Part shown: positions 17,761 to 29,172 of the stretch, in pieces | Layout: each line of letters starts with the position of its first letter | How positions within the stretch are numbered: position 1 is the stretch's first letter | Assembly: GCA_944377365.1 (NCBI GenBank) | Contig: CALWEQ010000003.1 | Location: 2,429-66,428 of the forward strand | Direction of reading: 5' to 3' | DNA length: 64,000 bases | Source: an uncultured Clostridia bacterium | Lineage (GTDB): Bacteria; Bacillota; Clostridia; Christensenellales; UBA1242 | Notes under the pieces: generated by a model | Database searches by the model: none | What the model saw: only the letters and a program-made list of their open reading frames with translations | What the model was told of the DNA's origin: nothing | Made by a program: the position numbers and the translations under genes

Positions 17761-18522
17761 TTATTTCTTTTCAGCTTCGTTTTCGGCTGAAGCATCAATT
17801 TCTTTTTCTTCTGTGATTTTTTTATCTTTGTTTTTTTTCTCAAAAAGTCTGTGCCTTGTAGCAAATTCTTTTTCCATGCTTAAAATTCCAAAATCTTTTT
17901 TAAAGATTAATGAAAGAGCAAAATGAACGCCAAATAGGAGAGCTCCACCCATATTGCAAGCTATGTCCTCAATTGTGTCTGTTAGTAACGGAGCATTTGT
18001 TCCTGCCACCCATTCACCCTGAATGTCGATTTTTAAAATTAAATCCAAAGTTCTTTCACTTAGTTCCCATGCCGATTCAATAAACAAAGAGAAAAAAACG
18101 CAGAAAAGCAAAATTGTGATTTTGTTCATCTTTTTGTTTTCACCATTTCGACACAAGAAAAAGAAGCCGAGAACACTTATAAGATAGCCCATCACAAAAT
18201 GAACAATAATATCAAGGAAAGCAATATCTTTATACCCCGAAAGTGCACTTCCCCACAACCCAGCAATTGCAACATAAATGTTGAAAATCAAGAAAACAGA
18301 ATTTGGTAATTTTGATCTTGTAATTAATTCAAACAAAAATGGTATTGCACAATAAAGTAGCATTCCTAAACTTGGAAAAAATCTTTCGTTTGGATCGCCA
18401 GCCACCTTATAATAAATTGCGAGTGCGACACCTGTCAATGCCATCGCAATTGTTAAAGCAATATTTACATATCTAAAAATTTTTTCATTTTTTTTTGAGT
18501 CAACAAATTCCTTTTTGCTCAT
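17761..18522 (-). CDS. Polytopic membrane protein, function unknown (possibly YjdF/DUF2238-like)
   Basis: Six or seven hydrophobic segments and a charged C-terminal tail. SD is AAGGTGA. The family assignment is weak. Confidence 0.55.
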   Translation of the reverse strand: MSKKEFVDSKKNEKIFRYVNIALTIAMALTGVALAIYYKVAGDPNERFFPSLGMLLYCAIPFLFELITRSKLPNSVFLIFNIYVAIAGLWGSALSGYKDIAFLDIIVHFVMGYLISVLGFFFLCRNGENKKMNKITILLFCVFFSLFIESAWELSERTLDLILKIDIQGEWVAGTNAPLLTDTIEDIACNMGGALLFGVHFALSLIFKKDFGILSMEKEFATRHRLFEKKNKDKKITEEKEIDASAENEAEKK

Positions 18523-18629
18523 CTTATCACCTTCGATTTAAAAATTAAAAAAAAGTAACCTTTAATTGTCATATTTTCTTATTATATTATAAAATTTTTT
18601 AAATAAAAAAACAAGCATTTGATGCTTGT

Positions 18630-18860
18630 TTATTCAATAACCATTACTATCAATGAAACTAAGATTACGGTCAGCGCGAACGCTTTCAAAACCAACAAAA
18701 TCCTGTCATTAGGTTCTACTTTGTTTGTTTTTCTTATCATTTTCGTGATTTTCTTTGCAAATATAGCAACTATTAGTCCTATCACAAGCAAGATAAGTCC
18801 AATTATAACATTTGGTTGTGAGAAACGTGCCCATATATTGTTGTCTAGTAAAAGCGACAT
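18630..18860 (-). CDS. Small two-TM membrane protein
   Basis: 76-aa ORF with a strong SD (GGAGGAAAATCATG). Two hydrophobic helices flank a basic loop. Confidence 0.5.
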   Translation of the reverse strand: MSLLLDNNIWARFSQPNVIIGLILLVIGLIVAIFAKKITKMIRKTNKVEPNDRILLVLKAFALTVILVSLIVMVIE

Positions 18861-18983
18861 GATTTTCCTCCGGATTACAAACTAATCATGTTTGCATTTT
18901 ATCACATAATGGAAATTTTGTCAATACTCTTTTTAAACAAAAATATATTTGTTTAATTACTCATTTAAATTAAGATTAAAATC

Positions 18984-20633
18984 TTACAAAGGCAAATCTT
19001 TTCTGTCAAATACGAAAGTACCAATAACGAAAGTAACAATCCCGACTAGTGCCAAAACTCCAAAACCTATCAAAAAGCTTAGGCTACCTGCTAAAATTAG
19101 ATTCGTGTCAAACAAGGAAATTAGTGATAAATAATTAAACACATTCATCTGTTCAATCCTCATCGCTGATGGCACAACATTTGAACCAAACAAGCCAAGA
19201 ATAGTGCACACAAGCATAAAGATAGAAATGCCTCCGCCTATAGATAAGGAGTATTTTGTTCTATTAAATATCGCTGAACACATAAAGCAAAATCCTGCAA
19301 AAGCAAACATTGTTAAAAATGCACCAAGGTTAAATAGCAATATCTCTCCAAAGTTTATGGCAAAGGAATTGCCACCAACTATCCAAATTGAAACAACGCT
19401 GACAGCTGTCACACACGCAAACATGGCTAGCAATGATGCCAACAAATAAAGCATTTGTGTTGTTGAAACTGCTCGCCTTTTTGTTGGGGTTGAAAGGACA
19501 TATGCCATAGACCCTGAATCGACTTGACCCGCAAGCAATCCATTTGCAACCATAATTACGTAAACCATAGGAAGCAAAATGCCCGCTATTCTATAAAATA
19601 TAGAGCCTATTATTAATCCATAAATATCCATATTTCCAAGTTCTTCAAGAGCTTCAGCGACTTTCTCGTCAATTTGGCCTGTTATGCTCTTTGTTGCTTC
19701 CAAACGAGCATCCTCTGCTGTTGCGCCCTCCGATAGCCATAATTCATAAGTGCTGATTGAAGTGTTGCTAATGACCTTTGCTGTAATCGCATATTGATTT
19801 GCCTCTTGTTTTTGTTCTTCAGTTGATGTTTCAACGATATTAAAGGAATTGTATGCTTGGTTACGTATTAATTCATTGACTTCATCGCGAGCGGTCGTTT
19901 TATAATCATTGATGTCAAATTGAGCACTTGGCACATAAGCACCAACACCCTTTTCCGCCACCTCTTTTGCTGAAACAGCATTTGATGTCGCACTTAAAGT
20001 TGTTGCACCCTCTTCTTGTAAAGCCAAATCGTATGCCATATCATACACATATGCATAGTACTGATTGTTAATTGCTTCGACCAAATTTGCTGAATTAACA
20101 TCATCAAAACTTGATGGAGAATTTTCATAAGTCAAAATCAAGATATACATTAATTGTGCCAAATCATCTTGAGTTGCATCTCCTAGCATACTACCAGCCA
20201 TTGCAAAAAACTGTCCAGCAAGAGTGCTTGCAGTAGTCAATTGTAATTGTTTTAAATCTTCTCCTTGCGGGGCAACGCCTTGTTGCGTTTCAAATTCTAT
20301 TTTGCTATTATCATAAGTTGTTGTGATTTCATCTTTTATTGACAAAAACGCGCCGTCCCAAAATGGTGAACCTGTCAAGGTTACAATTCCATTTTCAAAT
20401 TCAACAGAATTTAGGTATGCATCATAACTGTCAATCGCACCTTCTTTAAGTTCTGCTTCTTGATCAGCCTGAGCAAAAACACCTTTAAGGGAATCTCTTA
20501 TGTCATTAATAGACAAACTGCCAAGAACTATAATTACAATTGCAAGCATAACGCATGTGGCAACCGTCACTGACAACCATTTCACCCAATTTGCTTTCAT
20601 AGATTGCTTAAAAAGAGCTTTACTAAAAAACAT
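18984..20633 (-). CDS. ABC-2 type transporter permease with a large extracytoplasmic domain
   Basis: N-terminal TM, a soluble loop of about 300 aa, then five C-terminal TMs. The ATG at 20633 overlaps the upstream ATPase stop (ATGTGATG) and lies 5 nt after GGAGGA. Confidence 0.75.
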   Translation of the reverse strand: MFFSKALFKQSMKANWVKWLSVTVATCVMLAIVIIVLGSLSINDIRDSLKGVFAQADQEAELKEGAIDSYDAYLNSVEFENGIVTLTGSPFWDGAFLSIKDEITTTYDNSKIEFETQQGVAPQGEDLKQLQLTTASTLAGQFFAMAGSMLGDATQDDLAQLMYILILTYENSPSSFDDVNSANLVEAINNQYYAYVYDMAYDLALQEEGATTLSATSNAVSAKEVAEKGVGAYVPSAQFDINDYKTTARDEVNELIRNQAYNSFNIVETSTEEQKQEANQYAITAKVISNTSISTYELWLSEGATAEDARLEATKSITGQIDEKVAEALEELGNMDIYGLIIGSIFYRIAGILLPMVYVIMVANGLLAGQVDSGSMAYVLSTPTKRRAVSTTQMLYLLASLLAMFACVTAVSVVSIWIVGGNSFAINFGEILLFNLGAFLTMFAFAGFCFMCSAIFNRTKYSLSIGGGISIFMLVCTILGLFGSNVVPSAMRIEQMNVFNYLSLISLFDTNLILAGSLSFLIGFGVLALVGIVTFVIGTFVFDRKDLPL

Positions 20634-21553
20634 CACATTCCTCCTTTTAACTGCTTTGCTAAAACATCCTTAAAATGTTTTTCCAAATTAAACTTAATTT
20701 CAGATATAAATTTTAATTTATAGTTTTTCAGAGTTTTAAACAGTCTGTTTATATCTTTGTCATCAATGTCAATTGTAACTTGATTGTATTGCTTTTGATC
20801 ACGAACTATGTTATATTTCAATTTTTTAAATTTTTGATAATCTTCCTTTTGCAAAAACTCTATTTTATAAATCTTTCTTGTTGAACTTTTTAATTCGTTG
20901 ATGTCTGCTATGTCAACAATTCTGCCATTATAAATTAGTGCCACCCTATCACAAGTCCTTTCCAATTCATCAAACATTTGACTGCTCATTAAAATTGTTT
21001 TTCCCTTAGATTTTTGTTCAAAAATCAAATCTATAAATGTTTCTCGCATAAGTGGATCAAGACCTGTTGTTGGCTCATCTAAAATTAAAATTTCTTTGTC
21101 TGACATAAGAGCAGCAACCAGTGCTGTTTTTTGTTTCATGCCTTTACTAATACGTTTCAAGTTTGCCGATGGATCTAATTGAAGCTTTTTGATTAGATAA
21201 TTTGCATAATCCAAATTTTTGATCCCCAACAGTTCTGCTTGATTTTTTAAAAATGTAATTCCATCCTTTAAATCCGGGAAAGCAATTTCACCTGGCACGT
21301 ACGAAACATGTTTTTTGATTTCACAAGCATCAATCCATGCATCTTTACCCAGCACCTTTATGAAACCTTTTTGTGGCTTTATAAAGCCCATAATATGTCT
21401 TATAGTAGTGGTTTTACCACTCCCATTAGTACCAACAAAACCAAATGTTTCACCTTTTTTGATTGAAAAATTTAAGTCAAAAACTCCGCGTCCTTGACCA
21501 TAATCTTTGGTTAAATATTCGGCATGTATTACAGCAGTTATTTCTTCTTCCAC
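20633..21553 (-). CDS. ABC transporter ATP-binding protein
   Basis: GTNGSGKTT, ISKGMKQK, ILILDEPTTGLD. GTG start after GGAGG. Confidence 0.9.
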   Translation of the reverse strand: MEEEITAVIHAEYLTKDYGQGRGVFDLNFSIKKGETFGFVGTNGSGKTTTIRHIMGFIKPQKGFIKVLGKDAWIDACEIKKHVSYVPGEIAFPDLKDGITFLKNQAELLGIKNLDYANYLIKKLQLDPSANLKRISKGMKQKTALVAALMSDKEILILDEPTTGLDPLMRETFIDLIFEQKSKGKTILMSSQMFDELERTCDRVALIYNGRIVDIADINELKSSTRKIYKIEFLQKEDYQKFKKLKYNIVRDQKQYNQVTIDIDDKDINRLFKTLKNYKLKFISEIKFNLEKHFKDVLAKQLKGGM

Positions 21554-22497
21554 TTAACACCTCCGAAATCTTTGTTTTCTTTGTAAAATTGCATAAAGTA
21601 ATCTTCCAAAGTAAATTTTACTTGTTTAAAACTTGCAAGATTATAAGTCGAGACAAGGTCAATAAGTTTGTTAATGTCTTTATCTTTTATAGCAACAACA
21701 ATTTTTAAATTGCTAGGCGAAACCGATTTAATCCCTGCGCGCACTATATTGCCCTTTGTTATTTTTACTTTTGATAATGATTTCGCAAATGTGTCAAAAT
21801 CTTTTTGATTTTTAAAATATAACTCAAATTGCTTGTTTTCATTGTGTTTAATAGAATTTGTTTCAAAAGTTGAAACTATAACTCCGTCTTTAATAATCGC
21901 TACACGATCACAGGTCTGCTCCACCTCACTAAATATGTGAGATGAAAGTAAAATCGTCTTCCCTCGTTTTTTTTCTTCTTTTATAAAATCAATGAAAACC
22001 TGTTGCATCACCGGATCAAGCCCACTCGTCGGCTCATCTAAAATAAGAACACTAGGATCATTCATAAAAGCAACAATTATAGCCAGCTTCCTTTTGTCGC
22101 CCAAACTCATGCTTTTTGTTTGCAGTCTTGGGTCGAGGTCAAAAGTTTTTAGAAGCATATCAACCCTTTCTTTTTCAACCCCACCTCTCAATTTTGCCAT
22201 CATGCTGATAAACTCCGTTCCGCTTAAACCTTCGGGGAGCGCTATTTCGCCAGGAAGATATCCCACCTTATCCATGATTTTATCATAACTTGAAAAGCTT
22301 TCCATATCATAGACTCTTGTTTCACCTTTTTGAGGCTTCGAAAAGCCCATGATATGCCTAATTGTAGTGGATTTGCCGGCGCCATTTGGCCCTAAAAAGC
22401 CAAACACCTCACCTTCTTTAACAGAAAATGAAACATCAAAAACACCTCTGCCATGGCCATAATCTTTTGTTAAATTTTCAACATCAATTACACCCAC
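21538..22497 (-). CDS. ABC transporter ATP-binding protein (paralogue of the downstream ATPase)
   Basis: GPNGAGKST, LILDEPTSGLD. The likely start is the GTG at 22497, 8 nt after GGAGG; the track ORF extends to 22512. Confidence 0.85.
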   Translation of the reverse strand: MGVIDVENLTKDYGHGRGVFDVSFSVKEGEVFGFLGPNGAGKSTTIRHIMGFSKPQKGETRVYDMESFSSYDKIMDKVGYLPGEIALPEGLSGTEFISMMAKLRGGVEKERVDMLLKTFDLDPRLQTKSMSLGDKRKLAIIVAFMNDPSVLILDEPTSGLDPVMQQVFIDFIKEEKKRGKTILLSSHIFSEVEQTCDRVAIIKDGVIVSTFETNSIKHNENKQFELYFKNQKDFDTFAKSLSKVKITKGNIVRAGIKSVSPSNLKIVVAIKDKDINKLIDLVSTYNLASFKQVKFTLEDYFMQFYKENKDFGGVKWKKK

Positions 22498-22715
22498 TTT
22501 TTTGACCTCCAATCTTTAGTAAAGTTTACAATTTTAAATAAAAAAAAGCAAACATTTTATATCATTTTAAAAATTAACTTTACAATTCTTTTATATATAT
22601 GTGAAAACATTGTTTGTGTTACAAGTTTAATATAAATTTATTTTGCAATCAAATGAAAGCTGTGTGAACTTAAATTTTGTTTTAATCATAAAATGAATTT
22701 TGTAAAGGAGGACAA

Positions 22716-23750
22716 ATGAAAAAAATAAAACTTGCCATCATTACATGCTTATGCTTTATGTTGGCACTTACAACGACGCTATTAGTAGGATGTGGAGGTA
22801 AAGATTATTCAAAAATTAATTTAAACGAAGTAACACATTCTATTTTTTACGCGCCTTTTTATGCTGCAATAAATCTTGGCTATTTTGAAGATGAAGGGCT
22901 TGAAGTTAATCTGACAAATGGCGGAGGCTCAAATTATTCAATGTCGGCATTGGTATCGGGCTCAGCCGACATAATTTTGGCAGGACCAGAAACAGTAGTT
23001 TACACATCGCAGGAAGGCATCACTGATGCGCCTAAGGTGTTTGGACAACTGACGCAAACAGATGGATCTTTTATCGTGTCAAAAGACAATAGTGATGAAC
23101 CTTTCGAAATATCCGACCTTGTTGGCGAAACTATCATCGGTGGCAGAGCTGGTGGACTTCCTGCAATGACATTGCAATATGCCATTGAACAGCACGGATT
23201 AGAAATTGGCACTGGTGAAAATCAAGTCAATTTAAGAACAGATGTCGCATTTGATGCAATTGCAAGCGAATTTGTAAATTCTGATGCAAAATACTGCACC
23301 TTGTTTGAACCAAATGCTTCAAATTTAATTGCAGAACACCCAGAATACAAAATTGTCGCTTCGGTGGGCAGTTTAGTTAACAACACAAACATTCCTTACA
23401 CATGCTTTATAGCGAAAGATTCTTATATCAAAGACCACGCTGATGTTTGTGAAAAATTTTTACGAGCCGTGACAAGGGCATATGATTATTTAAAAGACTG
23501 TTATGAAAACAATAACCTTAGATTAGCTGCTGAAGCTTTGCTACCTTCTTTTGATGGCTTGACTGTTTCTGATATGGAAATAGCAGTTGAAGCATATTAC
23601 AGAATTAACGCTTTTGCTTCTAATCCTATTATGAGTCAATCAGCATTTGAAATGTTACTTGCCATAACCGAAAACGCTGGCATGTTGAATGGAAACACCG
23701 ACTATGAAAGCGTTGTAGACACTTCAATCGCAGAAAAGGTAGTTGCTTAA
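22716..23750 (+). CDS. Lipoprotein; NMT1/THI5-like (NitT/TauT-type) ABC substrate-binding protein
   Basis: Lipobox LLVGCGG. SsuA/NMT1-like core (FYAPFYAA..GYFEDEGLEV). Strong SD AAGGAGG. No cognate permease or ATPase is adjacent. Confidence 0.65.
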   Translation: MKKIKLAIITCLCFMLALTTTLLVGCGGKDYSKINLNEVTHSIFYAPFYAAINLGYFEDEGLEVNLTNGGGSNYSMSALVSGSADIILAGPETVVYTSQEGITDAPKVFGQLTQTDGSFIVSKDNSDEPFEISDLVGETIIGGRAGGLPAMTLQYAIEQHGLEIGTGENQVNLRTDVAFDAIASEFVNSDAKYCTLFEPNASNLIAEHPEYKIVASVGSLVNNTNIPYTCFIAKDSYIKDHADVCEKFLRAVTRAYDYLKDCYENNNLRLAAEALLPSFDGLTVSDMEIAVEAYYRINAFASNPIMSQSAFEMLLAITENAGMLNGNTDYESVVDTSIAEKVVA

Positions 23751-23774
23751 AATCTACAGTTGCAAATTGTTACT

Positions 23775-23814
23775 AAAAAAGGAGCTTTACTTTGAGTGTA
23801 TAGCTCCTTTTTTT
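23775..23814 (+). terminator. Intrinsic terminator
   Basis: AAAAAAGGAGCT-15 nt loop-AGCTCC followed by T7. Confidence 0.7.
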
Positions 23815-23935
23815 AATAATAAATAAATTTTTTTAAAAGAATATGTAGTATTTTTGAGTTAAAATTAAAAAAAATTGATAAAAAATTAAAAATTTAATTA
23901 AAACAAGCGCAATAATATGTGTTTTTTTAATCTAG

Positions 23936-24271
23936 TTATTTCATTATGACAATGCAAACCGCCTGCTTTTTTGTGTGCGAAATTGAAATTTCAATTTCAG
24001 TCATATTTAATTCTTTAAATTTTTCAAGCATTTTTCCATGAAGTAAAATACTAGGCTTTGAATTTTCATGCACTAGTTCAACTTCTCGCATATCGCCTAC
24101 GCCAAGCGCTTTTATAGTTGCTTCTTTAGCCACCCATAAAGATGCCATATGGGTTTTTACAGTTATATCAGAAAAATTTGACAACCATCTTTTTTCACTT
24201 TCAAAGCAAATTTTTGCTAAAAGCTTTTCGTTCATTCGATCTATATTTTCTAAATCAATCCCAACTCTCAT
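23936..24271 (-). CDS. acpS: Holo-[acyl-carrier-protein] synthase
   Basis: GIDLENIDR, WVAKEATIKALG, ISISH. SD is GGAGG. Confidence 0.8.
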   Translation of the reverse strand: MRVGIDLENIDRMNEKLLAKICFESEKRWLSNFSDITVKTHMASLWVAKEATIKALGVGDMREVELVHENSKPSILLHGKMLEKFKELNMTEIEISISHTKKQAVCIVIMK

Positions 24272-24875
24272 CTTCGAGCCTCCCTATTGCATTTAAAACA
24301 ACCTCCGATGAATATCCCTTTGAAATGAGATGCGCATATGCCTTTGCTTTTGTTTTTTTGTCCAAAATTTTGTCTTTCAAATATTTTTTTAAAAATATAA
24401 AGCATCTTTTTCTTTCTTCATCTTCATCAACAATTTTGTTTAATGCTTCATCAACGATTTCTCGATCGACACCTTTTGTAAGCAATTCAAACTTAATCTT
24501 TTTAGAACCCTTTTTAGAGATGTATGTTTTGACATAATTTTCTGCGTAAACCAAGTCATCTATATAACCATATTCTTTAAGTTTACTAATCGCTTTTTCA
24601 ATGCTTTCTTCCAAAAATCCTTTCTCACGCAAGTAATCTTTCAACTGTTTTTCTGTTCGAAAAGTCTTTTCTAAGTAAGACAGACTTCTTGAAAAACAAG
24701 AAAGATCGCCGTTTTGCAAACGCACATTTTGCCACTTCTCTGCGTCAATTTCTTGTCCCTCTTTAATTTGGTTTTTTACTATTATTTCAGCTTCCAAAAC
24801 GCAAGAAAAATTGCCATCTATAAAAATAGAATATCTTTCGCCCTTACCTATTTTTTTTATTTGAGTTATTATCAT
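24255..24875 (-). CDS. recX: Regulatory protein RecX
   Basis: Typical RecX three-helix repeats (LSYLEK..RTEKQLKDYLREKGF..IEKAISKLKEYGYIDD). Confidence 0.75.
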   Translation of the reverse strand: MIITQIKKIGKGERYSIFIDGNFSCVLEAEIIVKNQIKEGQEIDAEKWQNVRLQNGDLSCFSRSLSYLEKTFRTEKQLKDYLREKGFLEESIEKAISKLKEYGYIDDLVYAENYVKTYISKKGSKKIKFELLTKGVDREIVDEALNKIVDEDEERKRCFIFLKKYLKDKILDKKTKAKAYAHLISKGYSSEVVLNAIGRLEDESWD

Positions 24876-25234
24876 TTTTCACCTTTAAAAAGTTGTGAAG
24901 TTGTTTGAGTATAGGCTCTAACAAGCCCACCTGCGCCCAATTTAACGCCTCCAAAATATCTTACAACAAAAACCGCAACGTTTTTTAATTTTTTCTTTTG
25001 TAATACTGACAAAATTGCAAAGCCTGCCGTCCTTGAAGGTTCGCCATCGTCAAAAAATTTTTCTTGCAAGGGTTCCGACAAAATGTAGCCATAACAAATA
25101 TGCGTCGCTTTTTTGTGTTCTGTTTGAAGCTGTCGTAAAGCCTGCAAAATTTCATTCTCATTTGTGTTTTGCAATAAAAAACCTAAGAACTTTGATTTTT
25201 TTATTATAATCTCATTTTCTTTAAAAAATTTCAT
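24872..25234 (-). CDS. YigZ/IMPACT N-terminal domain protein (UPF0029)
   Basis: KKSKFLGF...HICYGY...DDGEPSRTAG...VVRYFGG(V)KLGAGGLVRAY. ATGA overlap with tyrS. Confidence 0.75.
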   Translation of the reverse strand: MKFFKENEIIIKKSKFLGFLLQNTNENEILQALRQLQTEHKKATHICYGYILSEPLQEKFFDDGEPSRTAGFAILSVLQKKKLKNVAVFVVRYFGGVKLGAGGLVRAYTQTTSQLFKGEK

Positions 25235-26439
25235 ACAATTTCTACTTTAATAAAATTCTTTTTGCCTTTTTTAAGCAAGCCGTTTTCTTTAACAGTAAAA
25301 TTAAAGTCTTTTACTAATTCTCCACCAAACGAAACTCCTCCGCCGACAATTAAGCGCCTCGCTTCGCTTTTTGAAGGTGCAAGTTTTGTCATAACAAGAA
25401 CATCACATATGTTTATGCCAGATGAAACTTTAACGACAGGTGCATCATCTCCACCCTGCGAGAAAAGATTTTCGCTCATCCTTTGTGCCTGCATAGCATC
25501 AGCCTCGCCTCTAACAAACTTTGTTATCTCATATGATAGGCGTTTTTTTGCAGAAACAATATCATTTTTAATCATATCTTTGATTTCATTCATTGGTATG
25601 TCAGTAAACAGTGCGTACATCATTTCGACGCATTCATCTGGTGTTTGATAAATTCCTTGATAAAAATCATATGCACTGATTTTTTCTTTATCAAGCCAAA
25701 TAGCACCTTTTTCAGTTTTGCCCATTTTTACGCCAGCTGACGTTATTAAAAGAGGGTTTGTAGCACCTATTAAATTGATGTTTGTGCCGTTTGCAAAATT
25801 TAATTTTCTTTGCAGTTCAACACCTGCAACTATGTTGCCCCACTGGTCAGCCCCTCCATATTGAAGCGTGCAACCGTATTTTTTGTTTAAGTAAACAAAG
25901 TCGTATGCTTGCATCAGCATATACCCCATTTCGAAAAATGTAAGCCCGCCTTCAGCGAGACGCTTTGAATACAAATCCTTTGCAAGCATTTGATTGACAT
26001 TAAAATGAACACCTATATCACGTAGAAAATCAATATAATCATAACCCTTGAACCAATCTGCATTGTTGACAATAATTGCAGGATTTTCACCTTCAAAATC
26101 TAAAAATATTGACAAGCTTTTTTTGATTTGTTCAATATTGTTTTTTATAGTTTCTTTATCAAGCATATCTCGCATTTTGTTTTTGCCACTAGGATCACCA
26201 ACGCTCGCCGTTGCCCCTCCCATCAAAACCAAAACTTTATGACCTGCCTTTTGAAACCTCCTTAAAATGCAAAAAGGTATGCAATGACCTATATGCAAAC
26301 TGTTCATTGATGGGTCTGTGCCCTCATACAAAGTAATTGGCATTCCACTTTCTAGTGCTTTTTTAAGAGCATCTTCATCTGTGCATTGGTACAAAAGCCC
26401 ACGTTCTTTCAATGTTTTAAATAGATTTTTATCCGTCAT
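25231..26439 (-). CDS. tyrS: Tyrosine--tRNA ligase
   Basis: HIGH motif (SLHIGH), KMSKS variant KMGKT, and a C-terminal S4-like domain. Confidence 0.95.
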   Translation of the reverse strand: MTDKNLFKTLKERGLLYQCTDEDALKKALESGMPITLYEGTDPSMNSLHIGHCIPFCILRRFQKAGHKVLVLMGGATASVGDPSGKNKMRDMLDKETIKNNIEQIKKSLSIFLDFEGENPAIIVNNADWFKGYDYIDFLRDIGVHFNVNQMLAKDLYSKRLAEGGLTFFEMGYMLMQAYDFVYLNKKYGCTLQYGGADQWGNIVAGVELQRKLNFANGTNINLIGATNPLLITSAGVKMGKTEKGAIWLDKEKISAYDFYQGIYQTPDECVEMMYALFTDIPMNEIKDMIKNDIVSAKKRLSYEITKFVRGEADAMQAQRMSENLFSQGGDDAPVVKVSSGINICDVLVMTKLAPSKSEARRLIVGGGVSFGGELVKDFNFTVKENGLLKKGKKNFIKVEIV

Positions 26440-26442
26440 ATT

Positions 26443-26717
26443 TCGCCTCCATAAAAAAACACGCTTCTCCTAAATTTTAGGACGAAAGCGTGCGTTTCGT
26501 GGTACCACCTAAATTCAAGCTTGGACGACCTTTTTTTTGAATTAAAGCACATCTTTAAAAAGGTTTTCCTTGCTCCTTGTTATGCCAGTTCGTTGGCTCA
26601 CGCAAGACTTGACAAGATTGTAATTCAAAATTTTTGCTCGATTGAATTTTCACCCACCATTCAACTCTCTAAGTTTGCTACAAAATTTCTACTAATGCCC
26701 TGCCACCATCAAGATTT
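26443..26717 (-). promoter_or_regulatory. T-box riboswitch leader (Tyr specifier) with terminator
   Basis: Minus strand carries the T-box AATTTAGGTGGTACCACG (26515..26498). Terminator CACGCTTTCGTCCTAAA/TTTAGGAGAAGCGTG plus T7 (26492..26453). Stem I elements are TGATGG, AGTA, AGAGAG and GGTGGGTGAAAA. A specifier-like GAA-T-TAC-A has the TAC at 26622..26620. Confidence 0.8.
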
Positions 26718-26723
26718 GATTTA

Positions 26724-26752
26724 TTTTAGCAAACGCATTTTTTTTTGTCAAG
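26724..26752 (-). promoter_or_regulatory. Sigma-A promoter of the tyrS T-box leader
   Basis: TTGACA (26752..26747), 17-nt spacer, TAAAAT (26729..26724). Confidence 0.55.
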
Positions 26753-26870
26753 CGATTGACCTTCTATTATTTTTAAAATGAAATTGTAAATTTAAATTTA
26801 CAAAACTTTATTTCTTTTCATCACTGTTTATTTAATAATTGTAACTCATATTCTATAAAGATCTTTTCAA

Positions 26871-28175
<1,305 letters not shown>

Positions 28176-28355
28176 TCATAAACAGATATGACAGCTGTCA
28201 TATTGAAAATAAAAATTAAAGAAACAAAAAACGCATATTACATAATTTTTATCTTCTGTTTAGTATTTTAACAATAATATTCGAAAAAACCAACTATAAT
28301 ATAAACTTTTGTTGCAATTTTTAGTAAAATGTGATAACTTTCTTATGAGGAACAA

Positions 28356-29012
28356 ATGATTATTAGAAGAAGTTGGTACGACCTTTTAAAAGGTGAAACA
28401 GAAAAACAATATTTCAAAAAATTGCAATCGTTTTTAGCAAATGAAAGGCAGAATTTTGACATTTTCCCTACTGATGAAAACGTTTTTTCTGCGCTTAATC
28501 TTTTGCCGTATGACAAGGTGAAAGTAGTCATAATTGGACAGGATCCTTATCACGAACCTAACCAAGCACATGGGCTCGCTTTTTCAGTTTTAGATCCTAC
28601 GCCTCTGCCACCGTCTTTAATAAATATTTATAAAGAGATTGAGTCAGATTTAAACATAAAATGTTTAAACTCAGGTGATTTGACTCGATGGGAAAAGCAA
28701 GGTGTTTTGCTTCTCAACACCACCCTGACCGTTAGACGTGGCCAGGCAATGAGTCATCAAGGAAAAGGCTGGGAAGAATTTACCTCAAAAATTATAAAAC
28801 TTTTAGCCGAGCGAAAAGAGCCCATGGTTTTTATGTTGTGGGGCTCACACGCAAGGCAATTTGCAAACATAATTCCTAAATGGCATTTAGTCCTAACAGC
28901 GCCCCATCCAAGCCCTCTTTCTGCTTACCGTGGTTTTTTTGGATGTAAGCATTTTTCTAAATGCAACAAATTTTTAGTTGACCACAATCTCTCGCCAATA
29001 AATTGGGAGTGA
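28356..29012 (+). CDS. ung: Uracil-DNA glycosylase
   Basis: GQDPYH and HPSPLSA motifs. Confidence 0.95.
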   Translation: MIIRRSWYDLLKGETEKQYFKKLQSFLANERQNFDIFPTDENVFSALNLLPYDKVKVVIIGQDPYHEPNQAHGLAFSVLDPTPLPPSLINIYKEIESDLNIKCLNSGDLTRWEKQGVLLLNTTLTVRRGQAMSHQGKGWEEFTSKIIKLLAERKEPMVFMLWGSHARQFANIIPKWHLVLTAPHPSPLSAYRGFFGCKHFSKCNKFLVDHNLSPINWE

Positions 29013-29100
29013 TTAAAATTGAACAATGTTTAAAATAAACCTTGATAACCCATTTGTCTATATAAAAATATGACACAATATTAATATGAAAACATAAACA

Positions 29101-29128
29101 AAAAAACCTGAGATCACTCAGGTTTTTT
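29101..29128. terminator. Bidirectional intrinsic terminator between ung and hpf
   Basis: A6-CCTGAG-ATCAC-CTCAGG-T6. Confidence 0.7.
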
Positions 29129-29172
29129 AATGTGACAATCCTATAAATTAAATTATATTGACTGCTAGTTTA

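Noticed and set aside
26521-26781. Track ORF of 86 aa on the + strand.
   Set aside because: It lies antisense to the tyrS T-box leader, which accounts for the region.
28186-28203. The palindrome upstream of eno as a CcpA cre site.
   Set aside because: cre sites are 14-nt elements of the TGNNANCGNTNNCA type with a central CG. This is a 12-nt core TGACAG|CTGTCA with a central GC, so I report it only as an unassigned palindrome.
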